Assembly (NCBI GenBank): GCA_038845975.1
Contig: JAWBQF010000010.1
Span: forward strand, 4,195-68,194
Source of the DNA: Candidatus Methanomethylicia archaeon
GTDB taxonomy: Archaea > Thermoproteota > Methanomethylicia > CALHIW01
DNA: 64,000 nucleotides
Reading direction: 5' to 3'
A program made the translations under genes and the position numbers. Position 1 is the stretch's first letter. Each line of letters begins with the position of its first letter. Positions 19,170 to 29,711 of the stretch are shown piece after piece. The notes beneath the pieces are model-generated. The model made no database searches, was not told the origin of the DNA, and saw only the letters and a list, made by a program, of their open reading frames with translations.

Positions 19170-21056
19170 TTGAACATTGATGTATTGATCATAACTGAAA
19201 AACCATCAGTTGCAAGAGTATTTGCTGAAATACTCTCTAAGAGTAAATATCGAATTATGTATAGTCATAACATTGAATACTATGTTTTTAATTTAAATAG
19301 TGAAGTATGGGCTTCAATAGGTCTTAAAGGACATATTTTAAACTACGATTTTCCAAGTAAGTTTAATAAATGGACAGAAGTAAATCCACGTGATCTATTC
19401 TTCATAGACCCACTGCACGTCATCGAGAAAGGATGCTATAGATATGTTGAAGTCCTAAAAGATATTGGTAGAAACATACGTTACGCTCTACTAGCTCTTG
19501 ATGCTGATTCTGAAGGGGAAAGTATAGCGTTTGAAGTTCTTGAAATATTGAAGCAAATCAATAAGTACTTTGAAGCTAAAAGATTATGGTTTTCAGCAGT
19601 TACAGAAAGGGATATTTTGCATGCATTAAACAATCCTCAAGAGCCTAATAGACTTCTAGCTGAGAAATGCTTTACAAGAATGATTATTGACTTAACAATA
19701 GGATCAGCATTTACAAGACTTCTTACATTAAGCGTTAGAAAAACACTTCGTAACGCTCTTCCTAAAGGACATTTTCTAAGCTTTGGACCATGTCAAACGC
19801 CTACATTATGGTTTGTAGTTCAAAGGGAAATTCAAAGAGAGAAATTTAAAGCTAGAAAGTTCTATAGGATTACATGTACGCTTAAAGCTAATGGATTAGT
19901 ATTTGAAGCTGAACATTATAAAGGAAAAATAGATAGTAAAGAGGAAGCTGAGAAAATATATAGTAAAATTAAGAATGCATTGAAAGCCTATACTAGAAGC
20001 TTTAAATCAAACATAAAAACTAAGAATCCTCCAACACCATTAAACACCATAGAGTTTGAAAGTAGAGTAAGTAAATTTCTAAACATTAGATCTAAAACAG
20101 CCCTAGACATAGCAGAGAAACTCTACCAGTATGGATATATTAGCTATCCTAGAACAGAAACCGAAATATATGGACCAACAATAAACTTAAAAGAAATCGT
20201 TCAAATGCTTTCAAAAAATATAAACTACAGTAAGTATGCTGAAAACCTAATTCTTAAAGGATTTAAGCCTACGAGAGGGGGGAGAGATGATAAAGCCCAT
20301 CCGCCAATACATCCAACAAGAATAGCTTATGAACAAGTTATTACTGAAGAATTTTCAAGAAATGCTTGGAGAATATATGACTTCATAGCTAGACATTTCC
20401 TAGCAACACTAAGCAAACCAGCTTTAATTGAATCTCAACGTTTAGAGCTGGAAATTGAAGAGGAGAAATTTATAGCTGAAGGATTAAAAATTATTGAGGA
20501 AAACTATCTCGAAATATACTTCTACGAGAAAATCAGTGAGAAAAAAATACCAAAACTAAACACTGGAGAGGAAGTTGAAGTATTGAAAATAGAATTGAAA
20601 GAAGGAGAAACATCACCACCACCATATCTCTCAGAGGCAGAACTGATAAAGCTAATGGAAGCTAAAGGAATTGGAACTGATGCAACAATTCAAGACCACA
20701 TATATACAAACATTAAGAGAGGATACTTCTACATTGAAAATAAACGATGTATACCAACACCTTTAGGCATACAGTTAATAAAGGCATTAGACAGCATAAT
20801 ACCTGAAGCCATTAGACCGGAAGTAAGAGCCTTTATTGAAACACAGATATTACAAGTTGCAAAGGGAATTAAGACAAGAAGCGAAGTAGTGGAGTTTGCT
20901 AGAAAAACATTTCTAAACTACTATGATAGACTTGAAAAGAACATAAGTGAAATATCGAAAGCTCTAGCTCCACTAGTAAGGAAAAGCATACTTCTTACAA
21001 ATATTAAGAGGAAAACTAGAAAATTTAAACGGGCCCGAGGGGATTTGAACCCCTGA
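19170..21056 (+). CDS. topA: DNA topoisomerase IA (Topo III-like, no C-terminal zinc fingers)
   Basis: Toprim motifs are IITEKPS and LDADSEGE. The catalytic Tyr context is GYISYPRTET. TTG start. The last 27 nt overlap the tRNA gene on the opposite strand. Confidence 0.85.
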   Translation: MNIDVLIITEKPSVARVFAEILSKSKYRIMYSHNIEYYVFNLNSEVWASIGLKGHILNYDFPSKFNKWTEVNPRDLFFIDPLHVIEKGCYRYVEVLKDIGRNIRYALLALDADSEGESIAFEVLEILKQINKYFEAKRLWFSAVTERDILHALNNPQEPNRLLAEKCFTRMIIDLTIGSAFTRLLTLSVRKTLRNALPKGHFLSFGPCQTPTLWFVVQREIQREKFKARKFYRITCTLKANGLVFEAEHYKGKIDSKEEAEKIYSKIKNALKAYTRSFKSNIKTKNPPTPLNTIEFESRVSKFLNIRSKTALDIAEKLYQYGYISYPRTETEIYGPTINLKEIVQMLSKNINYSKYAENLILKGFKPTRGGRDDKAHPPIHPTRIAYEQVITEEFSRNAWRIYDFIARHFLATLSKPALIESQRLELEIEEEKFIAEGLKIIEENYLEIYFYEKISEKKIPKLNTGEEVEVLKIELKEGETSPPPYLSEAELIKLMEAKGIGTDATIQDHIYTNIKRGYFYIENKRCIPTPLGIQLIKALDSIIPEAIRPEVRAFIETQILQVAKGIKTRSEVVEFARKTFLNYYDRLEKNISEISKALAPLVRKSILLTNIKRKTRKFKRARGDLNP

Positions 21057-21125
21057 CCACCGGCTTTCTTCCTCATCCGCTAGCCAACCTGAGGCCGGCG
21101 CGCTTCCATACTACGCTACGGGCCC
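21030..21125 (-). tRNA. Intron-containing tRNA, isotype unresolved (anticodon reads CAG with a canonical 37/38 splice)
   Basis: GC-rich cloverleaf: GGGCCCG/CGGGCCC acceptor, GCGU/GCGC D stem, CCGGC/GCCGG anticodon stem, UGGUC variable loop, AGGGG-UUCAAAU-CCCCU T arm, G73. There is a 22-nt insertion (plus-strand 21066-21087) in the anticodon loop. No encoded CCA. Confidence 0.8.
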
Positions 21126-21213
21126 AATATATTATCGCTTAAATACTTAAAAGCATTTAGAAAAGTTAATACATTTAGAGTTAAATTTATTAGTTCTTAT
21201 ATTGTGATGACTT

Positions 21214-22005
21214 ATGGAAAATATTGTTAACAGCTTAATACAGCTTGGCTTAAGTAGAGGAGAGGCTGAAACCTACCTACTAATCATTAAAGAATATAGA
21301 GTTTCTACTGATTTCTTAAAACTGAAGTTAGGGGTTAGGAGTCAGGACGTTGAGGAAATTCTAAAATTACTAACAGTAAAGGGATTTATTAAGCCAGTAT
21401 CTGAACTATCTAATACCTATGAGGCTACAGAACCTGAAACTGCTATATCAAGACTAGTATTAAATCGTATTAAAGATCTTGAAGATAAAATCAGTCAGAT
21501 TAGAAATCTCGGATTGAAAATTAAGGATGATATCCTTAAAACGTATAAGGAGGCTAAATACGGTATTAGAGCTGAACAACTTATACAACCTCTAGCCAGT
21601 CTTAGTGAAATGGAGATTCACACATTTAAAATTATTTCTGAAGCTGAAAGAAATATTGATATTTTTACTTTAACTTTTGGATGGTATGATAAAGTTCGTG
21701 AAGCATTAATCTCATGTCTTGAGAGAAGAGTTACCATTAGAGTTTTAATGAAAATAGCTGATGAAACTTCAAGAAGAATAGCTCTAGAACTTAAAGAATT
21801 AGGAGCTAGCGTTAAAATACTAGCTGAAGAATGGCATCCATTAAGAGGAACAATAGCTGACAATAAGAGAATGGTATTTTTAATATGGGCTTCTAAAGGT
21901 GAGAAACCTATATACTATTTACCACACTACTCAACTAATGAGGGAATTCTTGAAATATTTAAAGAATTCTTTAATAAAAAGTGGAATGAAGCAAAGCCAT
22001 TATAG
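21214..22005 (+). CDS. TrmB-family transcriptional regulator
   Basis: N-terminal TrmB wHTH (LGLSRGEAETYLLI), a coiled linker, and a C-terminal effector-like domain. 263 aa. Confidence 0.7.
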   Translation: MENIVNSLIQLGLSRGEAETYLLIIKEYRVSTDFLKLKLGVRSQDVEEILKLLTVKGFIKPVSELSNTYEATEPETAISRLVLNRIKDLEDKISQIRNLGLKIKDDILKTYKEAKYGIRAEQLIQPLASLSEMEIHTFKIISEAERNIDIFTLTFGWYDKVREALISCLERRVTIRVLMKIADETSRRIALELKELGASVKILAEEWHPLRGTIADNKRMVFLIWASKGEKPIYYLPHYSTNEGILEIFKEFFNKKWNEAKPL

Positions 22006-23124
22006 ATTAAATATAAACGAAGTAATGTTGAGTATAATTAAATTACAAAGCAGACCTCCATAAACCACTATGACTTTAATAAAGAGTCCTTAGCATATTT
22101 CCAGCACTTAATATATCCTAGACCAGATCAGTGAATATACTTATAATGTGTAGTATGAATGTGATTCCACTGTTTCTTAAACTGGTCTACTTCACATATA
22201 ATTTTTAAGGCTACTTTATTACTCAGTTTATCATCTCTTGCAACATTTACTATTCAAGCTATTGCTTTATGTGTAAGTCCCAGACATGAAATAAATGCTT
22301 TAACCTCCTCCTTCAAACGCTCTACATATATCTAATAGTTTCATCATTGTCCTTAACTAATACACTTATGAGCACTACAAAGATGCTTAAATAACATATC
22401 TATGCCTTATTGGATCAGTATGTAGAACATGAACTATAAAAGCAGCTTTAAACTTTCTATATAACTTACCGTCATGTTAACTTTAAAAGTTTAAGCGAGG
22501 GTTTTCTTACCATATACTAGTAAGATTAGCAATTATAGATTCTTAATAGGATAAGACTGCACATTAATAATTAAAACATGTAGAAAATGGAAATTCAAAG
22601 ATATAATAAAATTAAGATTCTAACAATAGAGATGATAAAAATGATATAAAACTTCTAAAGTTAACAAACATTCTAACCGACGTGATAACTTAAGAAGTAT
22701 ACTCTGTTACTAATATTTCATATGGTATTAGAGGTTTGTAGAGGTCTGGATTCTTTGATGGAAATAAGATTCCATTGAGGTTAAGTACAGGTATAGCTTT
22801 ATATTTAGATGTTTGAGAGAATTTCTAGAATTTATTTACGTATAGTCTACGATCAACAACTAAATCTTACTTGTTTCCATCAAACTACATTCAAATAATG
22901 TAAATTATTAAAGCTTACAGTGGCTGTGGCATAATTTTCACCTCTAATATTTTGAATAACTCTATTCCCCTTATGATCTCATGTTTTCCTATTTTTAAAG
23001 CTCTTGGCCATGAAGGACGTGAAGACTAGAAGAACATATGCGGCTATATTTGCCAAGCCTTTCACATACAGCCTTCCTATAGCATAAATGTTATAAAAAT
23101 CAATAAATACCTAAATAGTGGTAT

Positions 23125-24249
23125 TTAAGTAATATTGTAATAGCTTCTAAGTCTTTTAAGAGAATACATTCTTTCACTATTATTTATCTCAGCTTTTTCA
23201 ATGATTTCTACTAAAAACTTTATAGCTTCATCCATTGCTTCTCTATTTACTGGAAATGGAACACCATCCTTACCTCCAAAAGCAAATGAGTACTTTACAG
23301 GATCCCTCCAGCTTGGAGGAGTACCGTAAATAACTTCTGAAATTAGAGCAAGCCCACGTATTGTAGCCGGTCCAATACCTTTAATGGTTAAAAGCTCCTC
23401 AAAATTCTTAGGCTGAGTTTCATATGCATTTCTTAAAGCATCCCAATTAATACTACGAGGCATATATAGCACATCTATAGTATAGCTTGTACTTGAATTG
23501 GAAAACCACTTATCTAGGCTCTCTTGGCATATTGGTCTTATAGATTTTAATGCATTTAAAATCTTATGTGGACCATCTTTAACTATATCTACGCATATTT
23601 TTCTACAATCTTCACTATTACTTGAAGTCATATCTAAAACTCTTCTTCTCACAACATTACCAACTATGGCTGTATGGGGTTCATTAACATAGTCTTTAAG
23701 AGCCGTAGATAACCAATGATATCTACGAGCTGTTTTATCATGAATATTCATGCCTTGCTGTATAACGGCCCAATCTCCATCTTCAGAAACTATGAAGACA
23801 TGATGATAAAGAGGATATCCTGCTTGAATGGCAGCATTATCAATCTTAGCTGTAATTCTACTAGCATATTTTAAGCTTTCAATTTTAGATGTTGATAAAT
23901 TAAACAAGGCACCTGTGATCTCAATATCATTTAGAGTTTGAATTGAACGTTTACCTTTACCACCACAAACAGCAAGACCATGTCTCTCATGTTTTAAAGC
24001 GGTTCTTAAAACACCAGAAACCACTGTTGTAACCCCTGAGGAATGCCAATCATATCCTAATATACAGCCAAAGCTTTGAAACCAGAATGGATTTGAAACT
24101 CTTCTTAAAAACTCATGTACTCCATATTCATCTATAATGATTTTAACAATAACATCTGCAAGTTTAATCATTCTTCTAACAAGCCAACTTGGTGCCTTCC
24201 CGCCGTGGAGGGGAAGGTAGGCTACTCCAGACCTTTCCAAAGTTATCAT
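23125..24249 (-). CDS. DUF763-family protein
   Basis: N-terminal LPLHGGKAPSWLVRRM matches my memory of DUF763. There is an internal helix-hairpin-helix-like LTIKGIGPATIRGLALI. Confidence 0.55.
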   Translation of the reverse strand: MITLERSGVAYLPLHGGKAPSWLVRRMIKLADVIVKIIIDEYGVHEFLRRVSNPFWFQSFGCILGYDWHSSGVTTVVSGVLRTALKHERHGLAVCGGKGKRSIQTLNDIEITGALFNLSTSKIESLKYASRITAKIDNAAIQAGYPLYHHVFIVSEDGDWAVIQQGMNIHDKTARRYHWLSTALKDYVNEPHTAIVGNVVRRRVLDMTSSNSEDCRKICVDIVKDGPHKILNALKSIRPICQESLDKWFSNSSTSYTIDVLYMPRSINWDALRNAYETQPKNFEELLTIKGIGPATIRGLALISEVIYGTPPSWRDPVKYSFAFGGKDGVPFPVNREAMDEAIKFLVEIIEKAEINNSERMYSLKRLRSYYNIT

Positions 24250-24881
24250 TAACTAGTTTAAACTAGGAAATTTAAACTTATCTCATGGCAAAAATTGAAT
24301 AATACATAATTTAAGATGAAACCATAAGTTATGCATATACTAATGGAACTATAGGAATACACTCTTACTCAAATGTTTTGTTTATGTGATTCCTCATATT
24401 CTTCTGAATGATGGCTATTCCGCTGTCTTCTAAGCTTACTAGTGTTAATGATGTTAGTGTTCTTACTATGAGTCATACAATGTTATTAGGTTGACATAGA
24501 GATATTATCATAGATGTTGCCGTAAATCTGTATTAAAACTTAATGTAAGACTAAACAATATTTACATATTCAAAATTTTTCTAAGAATAACCTAACCTAT
24601 TCAAACTCCAAAAGAAACAAGAAAAGTATAGGAACTGATAGCAATAATAAGCTAACCACTAACAAATACCTAAGTAAATAGTTGGTAGCTAAGAGTTATT
24701 AGAAGAATGATAGAGATAGAGCTTTTAAAGATCTGTCTTTATGACAAGAATGAGATAACACTATGGGAGCTTTACTTATATGTGATTTAGAGTAATACTA
24801 AATAGATAGTGTAGCTTTATATAGCTTAAGATAATCAGTATTAAGAACATTGAGAACTACTAGATAATTAATGGTGAGCTT

Positions 24882-26333
24882 ATGGCTAGAAGTATTTTAC
24901 TACATCATACACTTACACCTGCTCTTGGAGTGGTTTTCATGATTGTATCATTTACACTTATTGTTCCAGGTATTCTAGGATTTGCTTTTACATTGAGTGG
25001 GAAACATGATGAAGCAAATATTGCAACAGCATTTATACATATTGGACTCGTATCCTTTGCCTTAGGATTTTTTACTTTTAGAAAGTTTAGAATTGAGAGT
25101 GTAAGATTAAGTTATGGGGAGGCTATTCAAATAGCGGTTATTTCATGGATTCTTATACCAATAGTTAATGGAGTAGCAATAAGTATTTCAGGGTTAATGA
25201 GTCCTATAGATGCCTTATTTGAATCTATAAGTGGCTTTACAACAACAGGGCTAACAGTTTTAAAACCACCAATTGAGAGCCAACCATTAACTCTACTGTT
25301 TTGGAGAAGTGTTTCCCAATGGGTTGGAGGACTTGGAATAATCTACATATCAATTTTAGTAATTGCACCTCCAAGCTTATTAACAATGAGAATATTTACT
25401 GTAGAGGGACATTTAGAAAAAGTTGAAGCAAGCGCTGTTGAAACAGCTCATAAAATAATTAGAGTATATCTATTACTAACAGGTTTAAGTATTATCTTAT
25501 TCTTAATCGTAGGTATGAATCCCTTTGATGCATTAAATCATGCATTAACAGCAATAGCAACCGGTGGATTTAGTACAAGAACTGAAAGTATTGGATACTA
25601 CAAGTCAATCCAAGTATATATTGCTGCAATCATATTAATTATACTGGGAGCTTTAAACTTTCCATCTTATACGAAACTTATGAAGGGAAAAATTAGGGAT
25701 TTCATAAAGTATGAGGAAAATAAAACGTTTCTAGCTCTAGCATTTTCAATATCTATACTTCTAACCTCTATACTCGCCTCAAAAAGCAGTATTGAAAATC
25801 CTATTATGTTCGGAATCTTCCATACAGTTTCAGCTATTGGTGGATGCGGATTTCAAATTGGAAACTTAAATATACTTAATGAGACTTCAAAAGCATTAAT
25901 CATAATTTCCATGATTCTTGGAGGATGTACAGATTCGACAGCTGGAGGTATTAAGACTTTAAGAACAATAATGATGTTTAAAGCTTTAAAATGGGAGCTT
26001 AAATTAGCATTATCACCAAAAGGAACTAGAATAATTAGAAAGATCGGAGATAGAGAAGTTACTGATGAAGTACTGATAAGAACAGCTTTATTTATGTTAA
26101 TATATGTACTCTTAGTATTTATAGGTGGAGTAGCAATTAGTATTGAGGGATATTCATTAGTAGACTCAATGTTTGAAGCTGCTTCCGCCATAGGTAATGT
26201 AGGATTAACAATGAATATAACCTCGCATTTAGCCCCTACATGGATTAAACTAATTCTAATGATATACATGCTTCTAGGAAGATTAGAGATTCTACCATAT
26301 CTACTGCTAATTTACAGATTCATTAAAAAATAA
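24882..26333 (+). CDS. trkH: TrkH/KtrB-family potassium uptake membrane subunit
   Basis: 483 aa polytopic protein with repeated selectivity-filter-like segments TTTGLTV, ATGGFS, GGCGFQ and GNVGLT. Confidence 0.8.
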   Translation: MARSILLHHTLTPALGVVFMIVSFTLIVPGILGFAFTLSGKHDEANIATAFIHIGLVSFALGFFTFRKFRIESVRLSYGEAIQIAVISWILIPIVNGVAISISGLMSPIDALFESISGFTTTGLTVLKPPIESQPLTLLFWRSVSQWVGGLGIIYISILVIAPPSLLTMRIFTVEGHLEKVEASAVETAHKIIRVYLLLTGLSIILFLIVGMNPFDALNHALTAIATGGFSTRTESIGYYKSIQVYIAAIILIILGALNFPSYTKLMKGKIRDFIKYEENKTFLALAFSISILLTSILASKSSIENPIMFGIFHTVSAIGGCGFQIGNLNILNETSKALIIISMILGGCTDSTAGGIKTLRTIMMFKALKWELKLALSPKGTRIIRKIGDREVTDEVLIRTALFMLIYVLLVFIGGVAISIEGYSLVDSMFEAASAIGNVGLTMNITSHLAPTWIKLILMIYMLLGRLEILPYLLLIYRFIKK

Positions 26334-27370
26334 TGTTTATAGTCTAATTTAAATTCATAATCTAGAGGCGGATAAATGTTGAAGTTCTACATTTTGTTAG
26401 TATTTAAAGCACTTGACTGATTATCAATTCTTTCTTAGCTTGTTTATATTTGTGATATATAGTGTTTTATGCGTTAATCTATTACTCTAGCATAGTTTCC
26501 TATGGTTTGATATGTAGGTTGTATATGTGTTAGCTACTCTAGGAGTATATGCTAATAATACCGGCTACTAGCGTCTATTGATGGTTTTAATCTTAACATA
26601 TAACCTTATTAGAATTGCTTAACATTCTTATAAACTCTCTATCTTATACTTAATTGCTTAAATAGTACTCCTACATAGATATCATGAATTCATTAAGATT
26701 AATCTTTAGCCCTCTGCGAGCAGCTTAAATAACAGTATTAATCCAATATACTAGTTTAACTCGACTTGAACCATACATGACCTTAAGACATGCTTACTAA
26801 TAACATAAGAGCTTAAGCATACTAAGTATTCTTCACTTGAAAGCTAGCATAACCTAACTACGTAACATAAAATGGTTTATTATGTTTAAGCTACATTGAT
26901 AGCTTACAAGCTTTTATTCTTCTAATAAATTGTTTCGATACTTCAAGCTTAGGATTTACTATTTAGCAACGATAAGCTCTGTCAAGTATTTTGGAGCGAT
27001 GAAATTAGAATCTTAAAATCAGTCGTCATTCATGAAGACTTTCCTACCAGATTTGAAATCCGCATGCTTAAGTTATCTCATAGACAAGGAAAATTTAGGA
27101 AGAAAAATTAGTAAGTTCAACATGAAGATGAAGAACCTAACACAAATAAGTTAAAACAGAAAGGTTTAAACCCTGTTAACTAAGTACTACTTATTACATA
27201 AATATTGAAGACTTAACTGTGAGCTTGATCTTTAAGAATTTTAAACTTGAAATTCCACTAAATATAGAGTTAATGTAAAGTTTGATAGGGTATTTAAAAT
27301 GCTTAGAATCATTATGGAATTCATATTTTAAATAGTAAAGTTTAATTAGGATTGGGATTATTGATTTTTA

Positions 27371-28018
27371 ATGAGGATCTTAATTGTTGGAGCTGGAGAT
27401 GTTGGAAAAAGACTTACAAAGATATTGACCAAAGGCGGTAATGAAGTAGTAGTCATTGATAGGGATAAGAGAGCATGCGATATTGTTGCTGGTGAAACTG
27501 ACGCCTTAGTGTTAAATAGGGAGGCTACCGATTTGAATGTATATGAGGAGATAGAGATAGATAAGTTCGATATTGTACTTGCATTAACAAACAGAGATGA
27601 AGTTAATCTTTTTGTATGTATGGTTGCTAAGAACTATGGAGTACCGAGAATTATAAGTCTTGTAGAGGATGAAAAAATAGCTGAGTTTATGAGTGGGTTA
27701 GGTGTTGAAAAACCACTATGTAAACCTAAGCTAGTTGCAAACACATTAAGTAACATTATTGAAGGAAGAAGGGGAGTAGCGGAAATTTTTGAGGTGGAGA
27801 AGGGAAGCTTCAAAATAGTAGCAGTAGATATTGGTGAGCATATAGTAGGTAAAACATTAAGGGAACTTAATATACCTTTAAGAGCAAAAATAATATCAGT
27901 ATTTAATGGTGAGGAATTTATTGACCCGGATCCGGATTATACTTTAAAATATGGAGATATGGTTATAGCATTAGTCCATGTAGACGATATTAGAAGGCTA
28001 GAGGACACATTAAGGTGA
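27371..28018 (+). CDS. trkA: TrkA-type K+ transport NAD-binding subunit
   Basis: MRILIVGAGDVGKRL Rossmann motif (TrkA-N) plus a C-terminal TrkA-C-like domain. 215 aa. Confidence 0.8.
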   Translation: MRILIVGAGDVGKRLTKILTKGGNEVVVIDRDKRACDIVAGETDALVLNREATDLNVYEEIEIDKFDIVLALTNRDEVNLFVCMVAKNYGVPRIISLVEDEKIAEFMSGLGVEKPLCKPKLVANTLSNIIEGRRGVAEIFEVEKGSFKIVAVDIGEHIVGKTLRELNIPLRAKIISVFNGEEFIDPDPDYTLKYGDMVIALVHVDDIRRLEDTLR

Positions 28019-28025
28019 AGATAGA

Positions 28026-28808
28026 ATGGCTGAGGCTTGGCAGTGGATAATTGATCAGACAACACTTTTAATGATTTTAAGAATAATTATTACAATTGTA
28101 TTGGCCTATTTAATAGTTAAATTTTTAGAATTTATTCTTTCAAGACTCTCACATAAACATATTATAAGCTATGAGGATGCTAAAAGGATAGATGCTATAA
28201 CTACAGTATTTGTATATGTAGTTACAGCCATAACTATAATTTCAATAGTTACATGGTCTGAAACCATAATATATACTCTAGTAGGATTGTTGTTAATAGC
28301 TAGTGGTATAGCATTATATTCAATTAAAGACATCATTGGAAACTTAATAGCGTATTATGGCATAATATCAGTTAAAAATGTAAGAATTGGAAACATCATA
28401 GAAATAAACAATGAGAGGGGAGTTATTAAGGGAATAACTCCAACACATATTGAGGTATATATAAATGAGGATAAAACCATACAAGTTCCAAATATTGAAA
28501 TATTTCAAAAACCAATACTGATATATAAGGCACCCCATACAGTTAAACTTAAAGTTAAAATGAATAGACTAATTGAATTTGCAAATATTGAGGAGAATTT
28601 GAGAGACATATTATCAAACTATAAGGAAATAGTTAAGACAAAGAGTCCAATAGTACATGTTAGGGAAGTTAATGATAAAAGCTTTGAATGCATATTAACA
28701 GTTTATGTTGAAAACCCAATGAAAAAGGAGAAGGTATTTTCAGATATTGCAAAAATTCTAACCGAGAAATTGCAAAATTCAATAATAAACATTGAAAACA
28801 TAGAGTAG
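28026..28808 (+). CDS. MscS-family mechanosensitive channel
   Basis: N-terminal TM helices followed by a beta-domain signature (VRIGNIIEINNERGVIKGITPTHIEV...IQVPN). Confidence 0.65.
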   Translation: MAEAWQWIIDQTTLLMILRIIITIVLAYLIVKFLEFILSRLSHKHIISYEDAKRIDAITTVFVYVVTAITIISIVTWSETIIYTLVGLLLIASGIALYSIKDIIGNLIAYYGIISVKNVRIGNIIEINNERGVIKGITPTHIEVYINEDKTIQVPNIEIFQKPILIYKAPHTVKLKVKMNRLIEFANIEENLRDILSNYKEIVKTKSPIVHVREVNDKSFECILTVYVENPMKKEKVFSDIAKILTEKLQNSIINIENIE

Positions 28809-28922
28809 CTAGACAATTTAAGGATCATAGCTAGCATTATGATAGCTATAGTAAGGTACTATGAACTTTAAATATTGAAATGGAAATTGTAGTTAATGGC
28901 TTACGTTTATAAGACAATAATA

Positions 28923-28973
28923 GGGACCTGGCAACTTAAGAATAAAGCTACAATATGCTAAGTTGCCACGTCT
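28923..28973. mobile_element. ~50-bp mini-MITE (GGCAACTTAAG termini)
   Basis: GGGACCTGGCAACTTAAG...CTAAGTTGCCACGTCT is near-identical to the reverse complement of 17472-17521. It lies 8 bp from the left end of the IS6-like element. Confidence 0.7.
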
Positions 28974-28981
28974 GATAATAA

Positions 28982-29711
28982 GGCTTTGTTAACTTAAGCA
29001 TGTTTTATCACCTCTATTTTTGGTATTATGTTTTCTATGAATTCTTAGCTTTTATTTCCTATTAATCCATGTTTGTTCAGTATGTATATTATTGATTTTA
29101 AGCATTAATGCATGCTTACAATCACATCTATCCTTCATGCACGGTATGTAGTTATCGAATAGCTTAGTTCTATCCTATATACTGTATTATTCTCTCCATT
29201 AGATTCTTAACCTCTAAACTATACAATTCATGTTTTAATTTTAATATTCTACTGCTTTATAATAATGAGCCCCATCACTTAATACAACTATATTAGAACC
29301 ATAAATAGCTCTAATCTTTTTAAGGAATGTTAGAGATGTAAGCATGTTGCAACATCACAAACCCATACATATAGAATCCTTCTTAATAATGGCTCGAATG
29401 CAACATAAACAACCTTACTCTTAAAACCTACTTATAATAGTATCATCAACCATAACAATTCTAACATCCCTCCTATCAAAATCAATAGAAGATTAAGATA
29501 AACCACGATAATATAGATACATAACTCCTAACAATAATGAAGCTTAGAATATCTGAAGCCATTCTAGAAGAACATGAACGAAAATATATATAAGCACCAT
29601 AAACAACTAGAATAAATGGAGTTCTCTCCCTAACAAACTTAACAACTTTAACCATAGATTCACCATAAATAAGGGAGAGAACTCCCAAATAAATCTAAAG
29701 TTAACAAAGCC
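28982..29711 (-). mobile_element. IS6-like insertion sequence relic (copy A), transposase frame disrupted
   Basis: Perfect 14-bp TIRs: GGCTTTGTTAACTT at the left, AAGTTAACAAAGCC at the right. An 8-bp direct repeat GATAATAA lies at 28974-28981 and 29712-29719. Minus-strand fragments (VMVDDTIIS, GSNIVVLSDGAHYYK, RTKLFDNYIPCMKDRC) are spread over several frames. Confidence 0.75.

Noticed and set aside
21030-21125. The tRNA as an attachment site of an integrated virus or plasmid
   Set aside because: No integrase gene and no second partial copy of the tRNA (for example GGGGTTCAAATCC or its complement) occur anywhere in the window. The flanking genes are ordinary housekeeping genes.
21030-21125. 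Refolding the tRNA as a class II Leu/Ser tRNA, using the 22-nt insert as a long variable arm
   Set aside because: The alternative stem GCCGG/UUGGC gives the loop CCUCAGG without U33. It also needs 3 nt between the acceptor and D stems and a 28-nt variable region. The intron model keeps all stems perfect.
22006-22670. A fourth full-length IS6-like copy downstream of the TrmB-family gene
   Set aside because: Only the right-end-like CTAAAGTTAACAAACA and a short internal ATTCTAACA match are visible by eye. The rest does not align convincingly. It is therefore reported only as an end fragment within another finding.
24400-24470. C/D-box sRNA around AATGATGG…AATGATGT
   Set aside because: There are no CUGA-type D or D' boxes at the required 12-nt spacing after either C-like box.
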